From positions 64,001-128,000 of the forward strand of contig CAVZQN010000003.1 of the NCBI GenBank assembly GCA_963777505.1: a DNA stretch of 64,000 bases. Reading direction: 5' to 3'. Numbering within the stretch: the first letter of the stretch is position 1; the number at the start of each line of letters is the position of its first letter. Below are positions 1-10,253 of this stretch, in pieces. Position numbers and translations under genes: made by a program. Under the pieces are notes generated by a model that was not told the DNA's origin, searched no databases, and worked only from the letters and a program-made list of their open reading frames with translations. The stretch is from an uncultured bacterium (GTDB lineage Bacteria > Acidobacteriota > HRBIN11 > JAKEFK01).

Positions 1-1669
1 CACTCATTAATTGATCTGCTAATTTTGTTGCGTGTTTTCTGGAAGCAATTCCTGCAAATAGTGCATGACCTGCATTCGATGTTCGGACACGGCAAGGCTT
101 TTTTTCACCATCAAGAGCAATCGCATAGGTTCCTAAGTCCTCCAACCAAAAAGCCTCTTGAAATTTGTCCCGTAATACTTCGGCATCCGAAAACCACTCA
201 GCCGCTCTTTTTTCATATCCGAGTTTTTCGGCCAGCTGTGCTGCGGCGCGTTTTGCTGCATAAACGTAAGCTTGTACTTCGCATAATGCGATTGGACCTT
301 GTGCAAGCGTTCCATCATCATGAAAGATTGAATCATGAGAATCCTTCCAGCCCTGGTTCACAAGACCTGTAGGAGAGAGGCGATAATATTCAACAAAGCC
401 GTCGTCATCTGGATCACCATACTGATCAATCCAGTTCATGGCTAGCAAAACATTAGGCCAAATACTTTGAAGAAATGTCAGATCTGAAGTCCGCTCTAAA
501 TAATTTCCAGCAAGCATAATAAACAAAGGTGTTGCATCTACACTTCCGTAATACGATCCGAATGGAATTTCCTTGAGTGCTGCCATTTCACCGTTTCGTC
601 GTTCATGCAAAATTTTCCCCGGTTGTGCATCTTGAAATTCATTGAATTCACGGGCTTGCGTTTTTGCAAGGTACGTAAGTACTCCTTTTGCTAACGCAGG
701 ATAGATCCATAAACACTCCATTGCCGTAATAATCCCATCTCTGCCGAAAGGCGCACTGTACCAGGGTACTCCCGCAAATGGATAGGAGCCTTCCGGACTC
801 TCAGTGATCATCATTCCAATATCAGAAATGCAACGGCGGATCAGGATATTACTTTGTGGATTAGAGGTGCTGACGTCACAAATCCTTGTCTTCCAGTGAT
901 CTGACGTTTTTTGCAACTCATTCCAGCCGCTATTCCAATCTAACGGTTCAATTTCAGCATCACCATTTGAGCAAGCGATCGAGATGTAATAATCAGCTTG
1001 TTCCATAGGTTTCAAAACCTTCTCGAACACTGCACCGGATTCATTCATTTCGTTTGGAGATGGTGAAAAATGAAAGTGAGTTCGACGGACGATTTTATCT
1101 AAACCCTTATACGATAAAGTAATCCGTTCCTTTTCTATTCTTGGCTCGAGATATTTGCCCCGCTTTTGCCGCTTGACTCCACGAACTTCAAAAATATCTG
1201 CGAAATCAGCTTCCCATTGAAATGCAAAACTTAACGCAATTGGGATAAGGCCATAATTCCGAAGCCGTAAATGCTGATACCAGCAGCCATTGAGCAGAAA
1301 ATGGGATCGAAAAAAATGAAGTGATCCGCGCGCAATTTCGATTCGGTTGTTGATAGAAGTATCATTGTTCGTTAAATCTACGGTAAGGAGAGCATTGTCA
1401 TCCTTGGTGGCCGAACTAAGAAGCAAAGGCCTTTCACCGTTGATTGTTAATACAAAACGCGATACATATCTTGTTCCTTCATAATAAAGGCCTTGTTCTC
1501 CAGAACCCACAGCATTGATATCGCCATATCGATCTAATACTGTAAAAGCTTCATTGTGTTTCAGGACACGCGTGCGTTGATCAACTAATGAAGAAGTCGC
1601 AAGTATGTAAAACTGATCTTCGACTTGAATAATTAAGTTTGAGGAAAGCTTCTTATCTTGAACTGGCAT
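1..1669 (-). CDS. Amylo-alpha-1,6-glucosidase / glycogen-debranching-like glycoside hydrolase, 3'-truncated by the window edge
   Basis: Missing from the ORF track. Manual translation from ATG 1669 gives MPVQDKKLSSNLIIQVEDQFYILATSSLVDQRTRVLKHNEAF, with internal AGVPWYSAPFGRDG and YYGSVDATPLF motifs, and is in frame at the edge (KPCRVRTSNAGHALFAG). Overlaps the GT4 stop by 17 nt. Confidence 0.88.
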   Translation of the reverse strand, partial: MPVQDKKLSSNLIIQVEDQFYILATSSLVDQRTRVLKHNEAFTVLDRYGDINAVGSGEQGLYYEGTRYVSRFVLTINGERPLLLSSATKDDNALLTVDLTNNDTSINNRIEIARGSLHFFRSHFLLNGCWYQHLRLRNYGLIPIALSFAFQWEADFADIFEVRGVKRQKRGKYLEPRIEKERITLSYKGLDKIVRRTHFHFSPSPNEMNESGAVFEKVLKPMEQADYYISIACSNGDAEIEPLDWNSGWNELQKTSDHWKTRICDVSTSNPQSNILIRRCISDIGMMITESPEGSYPFAGVPWYSAPFGRDGIITAMECLWIYPALAKGVLTYLAKTQAREFNEFQDAQPGKILHERRNGEMAALKEIPFGSYYGSVDATPLFIMLAGNYLERTSDLTFLQSIWPNVLLAMNWIDQYGDPDDDGFVEYYRLSPTGLVNQGWKDSHDSIFHDDGTLAQGPIALCEVQAYVYAAKRAAAQLAEKLGYEKRAAEWFSDAEVLRDKFQEAFWLEDLGTYAIALDGEKKPCRVRTSNAGHALFAGIASRKHATKLADQLMS

Positions 1670-2702
1670 ATCTGTTGTTTTTCTCCAGAATATGCTGATA
1701 GAGGTCCACGTAGTCGTGCGTCATCCGTGTGACAGAGAAACGCTTGATGAACTCTTCACGGCAACGCCGGCGATCCAAATCTTTTATTTTTGGAACACAT
1801 TGAAGAGCTTCTTCAAGATTGTCTACGATATATCCATTCACTCCATCAGTAATAATTTCCGGAACGGAACCATTTCGATATGCAATAACAGGCGTACCAC
1901 ACGACATCGCTTCAATCATTACAAGACCAAATGGTTCCGGCCAATCGATGGGGAAGAGCAAAGCAGTTGCATTTCCCAGAAATTCTCCTTTATCCTTTTC
2001 ACCAATTTCGCCGATAAATTCAAACATAGGATCATTCATAAGTGGTGACACGCATTTGTCAAAATAATCCCGATCGACATCGTCCACCTTGGCTGCGATG
2101 CGGAGAGCAACATGACTGCTTTTTGCAATCTCAATAGCGTCAGCAAAGCCCTTCTCAGGAGAGATTCGTCCCAGAAAAGCAAAATAAGGATGAGGGTTTT
2201 CATGAAATGGATAGGCATCTTCAGGAAGTCCATGATAGACAGTACTGATCCAATTCGCATGCGGTATTGGAATGCGCTGTGAATCCGAAATTGAAACAAC
2301 GGGTTCATCGGAGAATCGGTGATATAAAGCATTCAGTTCCGGCAAATCAAGCCTGCCATGCAATGTCGTAAGTCTTTTTATATTTAAACGCTGCGAAATC
2401 GGGTAGTGCAAATAATCTATATGAAAATGGATAATATCGAATTGGCTCCTTTCAGAAAAAACCTTATCCAACTCAATCATGTGATACGCAAGTTGATCTA
2501 CACATTGTGGATCTAAACGGAGAGATCTGTCGCTGCAGGCTATTAATTTTGCAGATGTTATGGAATCACCGCTTGCAAACAGCGTAACATCGTGTCCCTG
2601 GCGCACAAGTTCTTCTGTCAGATAAGAAACAACTCGTTCGGTCCCGCCATAATATTTTGGAGGAACACTTTCATACAGTGGGGAAACTTGAGCAATTTTC
2701 AT
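1653..2702 (-). CDS. Glycosyltransferase family 4 (GT-B)
   Basis: MKIAQVSPLYESVPPKYYGGTERV N-terminus; RISPEKG; EPFGLVMIEAMSCGTPVI (EX7E) motif. Confidence 0.93.
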   Translation of the reverse strand: MKIAQVSPLYESVPPKYYGGTERVVSYLTEELVRQGHDVTLFASGDSITSAKLIACSDRSLRLDPQCVDQLAYHMIELDKVFSERSQFDIIHFHIDYLHYPISQRLNIKRLTTLHGRLDLPELNALYHRFSDEPVVSISDSQRIPIPHANWISTVYHGLPEDAYPFHENPHPYFAFLGRISPEKGFADAIEIAKSSHVALRIAAKVDDVDRDYFDKCVSPLMNDPMFEFIGEIGEKDKGEFLGNATALLFPIDWPEPFGLVMIEAMSCGTPVIAYRNGSVPEIITDGVNGYIVDNLEEALQCVPKIKDLDRRRCREEFIKRFSVTRMTHDYVDLYQHILEKNNRYASSR

Positions 2703-2790
2703 TTCAATCTCAAAAATACTTATTAAAGTTAGGTGTTCTTTCTCGAAATGACAATTGTTTGAGGAAAACTATATGGCGGGCTTCTTTTCG

Positions 2791-4890
2791 TTAATATTTT
2801 TCACGGGAACTACATGCATCTAGTTGTCCAATGGAAAAATAGTCGAGATTAATAACCTGTCCCTCTTTGGAAGGCTTAATTGTGAGCAGATGATTTCCAG
2901 CGCGAATGGATCCAATTCCCGTCTCAGCTATTTTCCATTCTTCAGGTGAATGCCCAAAACCTCCTGAACTCTGAAAAATGATTACATCAACAAGCTTATT
3001 ATCCAGGTAGAGATAATACGTTTGAGAAATTGGCTCTTCGTAGGAATATCGTATGGAAATTCGTGCATTGGAAATATTATGTGGTGCAGAAAATTCATAA
3101 CTGGCGTAATCGGAAAGGTTATATCCCCAATAATCGGCAAGTGCATTTCCGTTCGACGTGAAGTCCATACTAAAAACATTGCCGCCGGATTTGTTTGAAA
3201 AGGATTCCGCTTCGAGCCGCAAACAAGATGGATCTATGGGTGAATTAATATTTGAAGCACCCAATTCATAAATCAAATAGACTGGATTTCCATCGCTTTC
3301 GTTAATCGATGTTGAGAGTGAATACTCATGTCTCACGTTGTCCAACGCCTTCTTGAAATAATGAAGTGATGGTTGAGATTCATATTTCGGAACATAAAAG
3401 ATGAATAGTGCATTGGGGATTTCAAATAAAGAATTCATTTCTAATAACTTTTCCTCTTCAGTAGAAAAGTTTCTAAAATCGATAGCAACTTCTTGTTTAT
3501 TGATCCGTTTTCTATTCAGCACAAGTAAGGGATTGCCAAGTCCCCAATCCATTAACAGGAAAGTTTTATCCTTCCGGGTCTCAGCATATTCCGCTAACTT
3601 ATAAATTGAATCCGACCATGCGCCTGCGCCCCCTTTTAATGCAAAGGAAGTAAGGTATCTGGCATCTACTACTAAATTTGAAAACAGAAGAAGGATGAAA
3701 CAGAAAGCTTGAAGATATTTCAAAAAGGGGATGCCTTTTTTAGAATTGTCAGGATGAACAGGATCAGTTTTTCTCGCAAATAATAATCCCGCGAGCAATA
3801 TCTGATGAAAAGGGTAGAGCATCATTATATGGTGCGGGCCGGTTGCCATTTCCGTAATATAGATGAATGATGCAGTAAGAATTAGCAGCAAAAAGTAAAA
3901 TAGAAAATATCTCCGGTTCTCAATCCAGTCTAATAAAGTAACTATCGGCACCAGGAGCACTATCAATATTGCGCCATAAGCCATCAAAGTTTTCTGAAGT
4001 GGAAAGCGTCGCAGCAGTTCATCAAACCTCGTCATTGCGTCCGTTGAAGTTCTTGTTGGTTTAGAAAAGAAGAATTCCGAATTTACCCATTCATAAATGG
4101 CAATGCCATTCAAAGTGTCATTAAAAAGAACACGCCGATGCTCAAATGTTTTTATGATTTCAGTATTAAGGACTTTTCGCTCATTAAAGATGTTCCAGGA
4201 AGATCTGACATTTGAAATGATTGAGGGAATCATGAAAGGAACAATGATGAGCGCACAAAGAGCCAATTTCTTCCAGGTCAGAATCGTTTTTAGATGCGGC
4301 CAAAAGAGCACTGTAAATGAAATCGTTACCGCTGCTACATACCAGAGAAAAACGGCTTTATCAAAGATCCCCAGGCCGATCACGAAGGCTGCCAGATACA
4401 AATAAACAGGTTGTCCGTGCTTCAGCCATCGAAATAGTAAAAAAAGCGAAAGCATTTTAAACAGCATCATCAAGCCGATCGGGCCTAAATCAAGTTTGTT
4501 TATGAAAATAAAAGCAGGATCGGTCGCAAATAATACGATTGTTGCGAGGGCCGTTCTTAGCCCAAGAGTGTTTCGCACAGTTAGAAATGTGAGTGCGAAA
4601 GTGATAAGGGCAAGAAGAATGGGTGGTATTCGAACCGTTGCAGGACTGGTTCCAAATATTTTAAAAATTGGAAAGTAAAAATATGATTTCAGCGCGCCAA
4701 TATATGGCATTAGCATTACTGGAATTCTGTATGGCCCGATTGGAGCTTCTAAATCGATGAAACTTCCATCTTCATTTCCTAACGCAACATTTACAAAAAG
4801 AGTTTCATCGTAGTACAGGCCAGGCTTATCAATATAAGAGAGTGAGCAAATCAGATAAATCGCTATCGCCAGGAAAGCGAGAAATTTCAT
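2791..4890 (-). CDS. GT-C fold (ArnT/PMT-like) membrane glycosyltransferase with C-terminal CBM6/CBM35-like beta-sandwich
   Basis: GLYYDE in the first loop and many TM helices; C-terminal LEAES...YASYEF...GNHLLTIK...INLDYFSI pattern. Confidence 0.7.
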   Translation of the reverse strand: MKFLAFLAIAIYLICSLSYIDKPGLYYDETLFVNVALGNEDGSFIDLEAPIGPYRIPVMLMPYIGALKSYFYFPIFKIFGTSPATVRIPPILLALITFALTFLTVRNTLGLRTALATIVLFATDPAFIFINKLDLGPIGLMMLFKMLSLFLLFRWLKHGQPVYLYLAAFVIGLGIFDKAVFLWYVAAVTISFTVLFWPHLKTILTWKKLALCALIIVPFMIPSIISNVRSSWNIFNERKVLNTEIIKTFEHRRVLFNDTLNGIAIYEWVNSEFFFSKPTRTSTDAMTRFDELLRRFPLQKTLMAYGAILIVLLVPIVTLLDWIENRRYFLFYFLLLILTASFIYITEMATGPHHIMMLYPFHQILLAGLLFARKTDPVHPDNSKKGIPFLKYLQAFCFILLLFSNLVVDARYLTSFALKGGAGAWSDSIYKLAEYAETRKDKTFLLMDWGLGNPLLVLNRKRINKQEVAIDFRNFSTEEEKLLEMNSLFEIPNALFIFYVPKYESQPSLHYFKKALDNVRHEYSLSTSINESDGNPVYLIYELGASNINSPIDPSCLRLEAESFSNKSGGNVFSMDFTSNGNALADYWGYNLSDYASYEFSAPHNISNARISIRYSYEEPISQTYYLYLDNKLVDVIIFQSSGGFGHSPEEWKIAETGIGSIRAGNHLLTIKPSKEGQVINLDYFSIGQLDACSSREKY

Positions 4891-4998
4891 TTTAGAATTG
4901 ACCGCTCAAGAGTTTCGAAATCGCTCCTGGCGGCTACAAATGTGCTCATTTTAGATCAAATTCAACGTGCATTTACGGGATATCTCCAGAATTCACTC

Positions 4999-5014
4999 TG
5001 GCAAACATATTGCA
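4999..5014 (+). promoter_or_regulatory. Putative sigma54 (-24/-12) promoter
   Basis: TGGCAAACATATTGCA = GG-N10-GC, ending 38 nt before ATG 5053. Confidence 0.55.
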
Positions 5015-5052
5015 CAAGAATAACCTAAAATTTGTTTATTTGGAGATTTGTT

Positions 5053-5388
5053 ATGCAAAAAATAATCAAGTTCCTGTTCGTAGGGCTGATTGGTATCCTT
5101 ATGGCAGGTTCAATTGTAGCTTGCGGTCCCAGCTATGGCCATCGTTATGAAAGGTATAACGACAGCTATCGTGGAAATTATTATCAAGAAGAACGTAGAG
5201 CGTATGAGTACGGATATCGTGAAGGATCTGACAATGGCCAATCTGATCGACGAAAAGGTTATGGTTTTGATTACCGGCATGATAGAAGGTACCAGTATGG
5301 AATCAGCAGAGATGAACGTGTGAATGATGTTTTTCGTGAAGGCTATAGACGTGGATATGAAGCAGGTTACCATGGTAGAAGATATTAA
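5053..5388 (+). CDS. Small lipoprotein with Tyr/Arg/Gly-rich repeats
   Basis: GGAG SD before ATG 5053; lipobox SIVA-C; repeated GYREG/GYRRGY. Confidence 0.7.
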   Translation: MQKIIKFLFVGLIGILMAGSIVACGPSYGHRYERYNDSYRGNYYQEERRAYEYGYREGSDNGQSDRRKGYGFDYRHDRRYQYGISRDERVNDVFREGYRRGYEAGYHGRRY

Positions 5389-5399
5389 AGTGGATACGA

Positions 5400-5810
5400 A
5401 TGCAGAAAACGATAAAAGTGAGTACCGATAAACGAAATGGACTTTACGACATCACGAATGAAGTTCGCAAAATCATAAAAGCGAGCAAGATCAGTGATGG
5501 ATTGGTGAACATATATGTGCGGCATGCTACAGCTGCAATTATGATTCAGGAAAATTGGGATGAATCGGTTCAAAATGATGTTGTAAATCTTTTGAGCCGG
5601 TTGATTCCCAAAGGTGTATGGGAGCACGATGCACAGGATGGAAATGGAGATGCACATCTTAAATCGGGTGTAATTGGTCCATCTGAAACGATTCCTCTTA
5701 TTGATGGAGATTTAGCACTCGGCCGCTGGCAAAATATTTTTCTGTGCGAATTCGATGGACCCCGCTCAGACCGGCAAATTGTTATAACAGTCATTCCAGA
5801 TCTGCAGTAG
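5400..5810 (+). CDS. yjbQ: YjbQ/UPF0047 family protein
   Basis: HATAAIMIQEN, GNGDAHLKS and LGRWQNIFLCEFDGPR motifs. Confidence 0.9.
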   Translation: MQKTIKVSTDKRNGLYDITNEVRKIIKASKISDGLVNIYVRHATAAIMIQENWDESVQNDVVNLLSRLIPKGVWEHDAQDGNGDAHLKSGVIGPSETIPLIDGDLALGRWQNIFLCEFDGPRSDRQIVITVIPDLQ

Positions 5811-5831
5811 TCTCTTTGACTCTGTGGTAAA
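5811..5831 (-). repeat. Family A dispersed repeat, single arm
   Basis: Reverse complement TTTACCACAGAGTCAAAGAGA, directly after the yjbQ stop. Confidence 0.55.
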
Positions 5832-5860
5832 TTCTTCTGAGCTTATGCCCAGGAGGATCA

Positions 5861-7018
5861 GTGACTACAAAACTAAACCGTCGTGAATTTATTGTCGGCA
5901 CCGCTGTTGCAGCAATTGCGACGAATGCATTGGGACAAAGCCCAACAATTATCTCGAAAAAGAATATTTCACCTGTTGTAATTTCTTCATCCAACGGCAA
6001 CTTTTTCAAAAATGGTGGTTCGGAAACGTGCGTGGAAAAAGCGTTCAAGATGATGACTGAAGGCACGGATGTGCTCGATTCAGTAATTGCAGGCGTCAAT
6101 ATCGTAGAACTTGATCCAGAAGATTACTCTGTAGGTTACGGAGGGGTTCCAAATGCAGATGGAGTTGTACAACTCGATTCTTCATGCATGCACGGTCCAA
6201 AGAAGCAGGCTGGTGCAGTTGCTGCGCTTGAAGGTGTGAGAACGCCCTCTCAGGTTGCAAGGGCGGTCTCTCAGTTTACGGATCATCATTTGCTTGTCGG
6301 TGAGGGAGCACAACGATTCGCTCGCAATTTGGGCTTCAAAATTGAAGATGATCTGAATACAGATCTCTCACGCAAGTTATGGTTGGAATGGAAACGACGT
6401 ATCGATCCAGGTCATTACCTCGATCCTGCGAAACGTTCTGAGGCAATTCGCAAAGCTACCCAACAAATGGTAAGTGAAGGATTGATTAAAGCTCGTCATA
6501 TGTATGGAACTATAAACTGCGATGGAATTAACTCGAAAGGTGAAATCTGCGGAGTTACAACAACAAGTGGTCTTTTCTTCAAAATCCCTGGACGTGTAGG
6601 AGATTCGCCAATTCTTGGAGCCGGTCTTTATGTTGATGGCTCTGTCGGAGCTGCAGGTTCAACAGGAAGAGGTGAAGCAAATATATTTGGATGCTCTTCA
6701 TTCTTAATCGTAGAAAATATGCGACGGGGTATGCATCCTAAAGATGCCGGCATGGAGGCATTGAAAAGGATCAGGGCAAATACAGTTGAAAAGCGTCTTC
6801 TGAATAGCAGAGGAAATCCAAATTTCAACATCAATTTCTATGCCCTGAATGCGAAAGGGGAATTTGCAGGTGTCGCAATGTACGGCGAAGATCCTGAAGA
6901 AAAGGGCTGGGCAGGCCAAAAAGACTCACAGTTTGTGCAATACGCGGTCTGCACGGAAAAGGGACCACAGACTTTGAACTGTGACGCCCTCCTCGAAGGC
7001 ATTCCTATAGAAAATTGA
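5861..7018 (+). CDS. Tat-exported glycosylasparaginase / type 2 asparaginase (Ntn hydrolase)
   Basis: NRREFI Tat motif; SVGYGG; GTI autocleavage Thr; GRVGDSP; STGRGE. Confidence 0.9.
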   Translation: MTTKLNRREFIVGTAVAAIATNALGQSPTIISKKNISPVVISSSNGNFFKNGGSETCVEKAFKMMTEGTDVLDSVIAGVNIVELDPEDYSVGYGGVPNADGVVQLDSSCMHGPKKQAGAVAALEGVRTPSQVARAVSQFTDHHLLVGEGAQRFARNLGFKIEDDLNTDLSRKLWLEWKRRIDPGHYLDPAKRSEAIRKATQQMVSEGLIKARHMYGTINCDGINSKGEICGVTTTSGLFFKIPGRVGDSPILGAGLYVDGSVGAAGSTGRGEANIFGCSSFLIVENMRRGMHPKDAGMEALKRIRANTVEKRLLNSRGNPNFNINFYALNAKGEFAGVAMYGEDPEEKGWAGQKDSQFVQYAVCTEKGPQTLNCDALLEGIPIEN

Positions 7019-7097
7019 GCGACTATTTTATTTTGTAATAAACAGATATATCCTAATTATCAAGCCATTCAGAGTGGTACTTTCACTCGAGGTCTCG

Positions 7098-8246
7098 ATG
7101 ATTATCGGAGTACCTGTTGAACGCTATCCTAATGAACAGCGCGTCGCGCTTGTTCCAGCAACTTTACCTGCCTTAACAAAAGCAGGGCTAAAAATATTGG
7201 TTGAAAGCGGCGCAGGAACCAAAGCAGGTTTTCCCGATTCAGCCTTTCAAGAGCAAGGCGCGACAATCGCTTCCGATCAAGCGCAGCTTTTCTCCGAAGC
7301 CGATGTCATTGTTCAACTTCATGGATTCGACCAATCCTCAAATATTTCCGTCTACCGGAAAAAACAAATTGTTGTTGGACTGCTTGACCCTCTTGGTACT
7401 TCGGCACCATTTGCGAAACTTGCTCAAAACGGTGTAATTACTTTCGCGCTGGAACTTTTGCCTCGCATAAGCAGAGCGCAAACAATGGATGCTTTGAGTT
7501 CAATGGCAACCATTGCCGGTTACAAAGCTGTTCTTCTTGCCGCCGATACTTCAAAGAAAATGTTTCCAATGATGATTACTGCTGCAGGAACAATTACTCC
7601 TGCTCGTGTATTCATCATTGGCGCCGGCGTTGCTGGACTTCAAGCGATTGCTACAGCTCGCCGCCTGGGCGCAATAGTACAGGCTTATGATGTTCGACCT
7701 GCTGTCAAAGAACAGGTTGAAAGTCTCGGCGCAAAATTTGTTGAACTTCCTCTTGAAACTCAACAAGCGGAAGGCTCTGGCGGATATGCAAAAGAAATGG
7801 GTGAAGACTTTTTAAAGAAGCAGAGAGAAATGATGACAAAAGTCCTTGCAGAAAGTGATGTAACAATCACTACTGCTGCCGTACCCGGAAAAAAAGCACC
7901 TATTTTAATTTCGAAAGACATGATTGCTGCAATGCGAAGTGGTTCTGTCATTGTTGATATTGCCGCAGAAACCGGTGGAAATTGTGAGCTTACTAAACCA
8001 GGTGAGACTATAAATGTTGATGGAATTTCAATTCTAGGCCCAATTAACCTTCCTTCTACAATTCCTTTTCATGCAAGCCAAATGTATGCAAAAAATGTCT
8101 CTACATTTCTTCTAATGCTTTTCAAAAATGGTGAGTTGAATCTCGATCTTGAAGATCCTGTCATTCGAGAGACTTTAGTTACTTATGAAGAAAAAGTGTT
8201 CAACCAAAGAGTGAATGAGGCGCTGGGTACGGCTCGAACGCAATGA
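7098..8246 (+). CDS. pntA: NAD(P) transhydrogenase alpha part 1 (domain I)
   Basis: EQRVALVP, PRISRAQTMDALSS, GAGVAGLQA and GSGGYAKE motifs; GAGGT SD before ATG 7098. Confidence 0.95.
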   Translation: MIIGVPVERYPNEQRVALVPATLPALTKAGLKILVESGAGTKAGFPDSAFQEQGATIASDQAQLFSEADVIVQLHGFDQSSNISVYRKKQIVVGLLDPLGTSAPFAKLAQNGVITFALELLPRISRAQTMDALSSMATIAGYKAVLLAADTSKKMFPMMITAAGTITPARVFIIGAGVAGLQAIATARRLGAIVQAYDVRPAVKEQVESLGAKFVELPLETQQAEGSGGYAKEMGEDFLKKQREMMTKVLAESDVTITTAAVPGKKAPILISKDMIAAMRSGSVIVDIAAETGGNCELTKPGETINVDGISILGPINLPSTIPFHASQMYAKNVSTFLLMLFKNGELNLDLEDPVIRETLVTYEEKVFNQRVNEALGTARTQ

Positions 8247-10042
8247 CATCTGAATTAGAAATTGGATTTTACATCTTCATGTTAGCCGGATTTCTCGGCT
8301 ATCACTTAATAACTCGAGTTCCTCCGCTTCTGCATACGCCATTGATGTCGGCTACAAATGCAATTGCAGGCATCTCTCTTGTTGGATCGCTCGTTGTTGC
8401 AGGCGGCGATTACGGTCCGATAAGCACACTCCTGGGATTTATTGCTGTGACCTGTTCTTCCACAAACGTCGTTGGCGGTTTTCTAATTACCGATCGAATG
8501 TTGAGAATGTTTCGGAGAAGCGATGATGATGTTTCACCTGAACGCCGTGCCAGAGTTCGCAAAATTGTAATTTCCATTGCAATCCTTGTAGCCATCGCGA
8601 TTGCAATCCTTATATGGAACCTTTCGCAGCAATCTGATCCAGGGATATTTCTACATGAAAAATTTTCATCAGAAGCTCTAAAGTATTCTTACATTTTTTC
8701 AGCTGCATTATTCATTCTAGGTTTGAAGGGTCTCAGCTCTCCTAAACATGCAAGAAAAGGAATGTTTGCCGCTGAATTTGGGATGTTCCTTGCTGTTGTT
8801 GGCACATTGTTTCATCACGAAATAGTGGAATATCAGTGGATTCTCATTGGATTCGTAATCGGAGCCCTAATAGGCGGCTGGATGGGATTAAAAATTCCTA
8901 TGACTGCTGTGCCGCAGCGGACTGCGCTTTCACACTCTCTTGGTGCATTGGCTGCTTGCCTCGTCGGAATTTCTGAATATTTTCGCCATCATGGCGAGCT
9001 GGGTAAGGTCGTAATGACAGCACTCGGTTTCGAAGTAGTTATTGGAGGCTTAACTTTTACCGGAAGTTTAATGGCCGCTGCAAAATTGCAAGAATTACTG
9101 CCTGGTCATCCCATCACATATAAGGGACAAAACATTTTCAATCTCACTTTACTTGCTGTAATTGTCTCAAGCATGATCTATCTCGTTTTTGTCCCAAATA
9201 ATCAAACTGTTTTTTATGTGATGGTTGCTCTTGCTTTTACGTTCGGGCTTTTACTCGTAATTCCGATCGGTGCTGCGGATATGCCTGTTGTGATCGCACT
9301 ACTGAACTCGTACGGCGGTCTCGCTGATGCAGCAATGGGTTTTGTTTTGATGAACAAAATTCAAATCATTACAGGATCACTTGATGGAACATCAGGATTC
9401 CTGCTTTCATTGCTTATGTGCAGAGCAATGAATCGTTCCGCATTTAATGTTTTATTTGGGGCATTTGGCAAAATTGAAGCTGGAGAAGAAGCAAAAGCTA
9501 TAGATTCCAAAGGCAGCGTTCGGAGTATCTCCCCTGATGAAGTGGTCTCGCTGCTGGATAGTTTCAGATCTGTGATCATTGTTCCAGGTTATGGAATGGC
9601 TGTTGCGCAAGCTCAATATGGAGTTGCAGAGTTGGCAAAAGAAATGATGAAGAAAGGTATCAATATTAAGTATGCGATCCATCCGGTGGCAGGGCGAATG
9701 CCTGGCCATATGAATGTTTTGCTTGCTGAAGCCAATGTTCCATACGATCAGTTGTATACAATGGAACAGATTAATCCTTACTTCCCGGAGGCAGACCTTG
9801 CACTTGTCGTTGGCGCGAATGATGTTACAAATCCTGCCGCCAGGAGCGACAAAAATAGTCCACTGTATGGAATGCCTATTTTAGAAGTAGATCGTGCCAA
9901 ATCGATTATTGTATTGAAACGCAGCATGCGTCCCGGTTTCGCAGGCGTTGATAATGAGCTATATTTCGATTCAAAATGTATGATGCTTTTTGGTGACGCA
10001 AAGGAAAGTTTGAACCAACTTTTTAGTGCATTAAAGTCTTAG
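8243..10042 (+). CDS. pntB: Fused NAD(P) transhydrogenase alpha part 2 plus beta subunit
   Basis: N-terminal VPPLLHTPLMSATNAI...TDRMLRMF (alpha2) is continuous with MPVVIALLNSY, VPGYGMAVAQAQ, HPVAGRMPGHMNVLLAEA and GANDVTNPAA (beta). ATGA overlap with pntA. Confidence 0.93.
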   Translation: MTSELEIGFYIFMLAGFLGYHLITRVPPLLHTPLMSATNAIAGISLVGSLVVAGGDYGPISTLLGFIAVTCSSTNVVGGFLITDRMLRMFRRSDDDVSPERRARVRKIVISIAILVAIAIAILIWNLSQQSDPGIFLHEKFSSEALKYSYIFSAALFILGLKGLSSPKHARKGMFAAEFGMFLAVVGTLFHHEIVEYQWILIGFVIGALIGGWMGLKIPMTAVPQRTALSHSLGALAACLVGISEYFRHHGELGKVVMTALGFEVVIGGLTFTGSLMAAAKLQELLPGHPITYKGQNIFNLTLLAVIVSSMIYLVFVPNNQTVFYVMVALAFTFGLLLVIPIGAADMPVVIALLNSYGGLADAAMGFVLMNKIQIITGSLDGTSGFLLSLLMCRAMNRSAFNVLFGAFGKIEAGEEAKAIDSKGSVRSISPDEVVSLLDSFRSVIIVPGYGMAVAQAQYGVAELAKEMMKKGINIKYAIHPVAGRMPGHMNVLLAEANVPYDQLYTMEQINPYFPEADLALVVGANDVTNPAARSDKNSPLYGMPILEVDRAKSIIVLKRSMRPGFAGVDNELYFDSKCMMLFGDAKESLNQLFSALKS

Positions 10043-10071
10043 GGAACTGTACAAAAGAATGTTTAGCGATT

Positions 10072-10175
10072 CTCACCCCTTGGATAAGGGGGGAGTTAGA
10101 GGGGGGTTGATAGAGCTTTCTTTTATGGGAATTTTTTCAACCCCCTCCTAACCTCCCCCTTATCTAAGGGGGAGG
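10072..10175. repeat. G/C-run inverted-repeat element (family D); may also act as terminator of the pnt operon
   Basis: CCCCTTGGATAAGGGGGGAGTTAGAGGGGGGTTGA ... TCAACCCCCTCCTAACCTCCCCCTTATCTAAGGGG; each arm contains an internal CCCCTT-N4-AAGGGG palindrome. Confidence 0.8.
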
Positions 10176-10253
10176 AACACGATAGAATCAGGTATTGTTC
10201 AAGCGATATGTTTTAAAGGATCGGCGAATTAGCAACGAAACGAGGGTAAAAGT

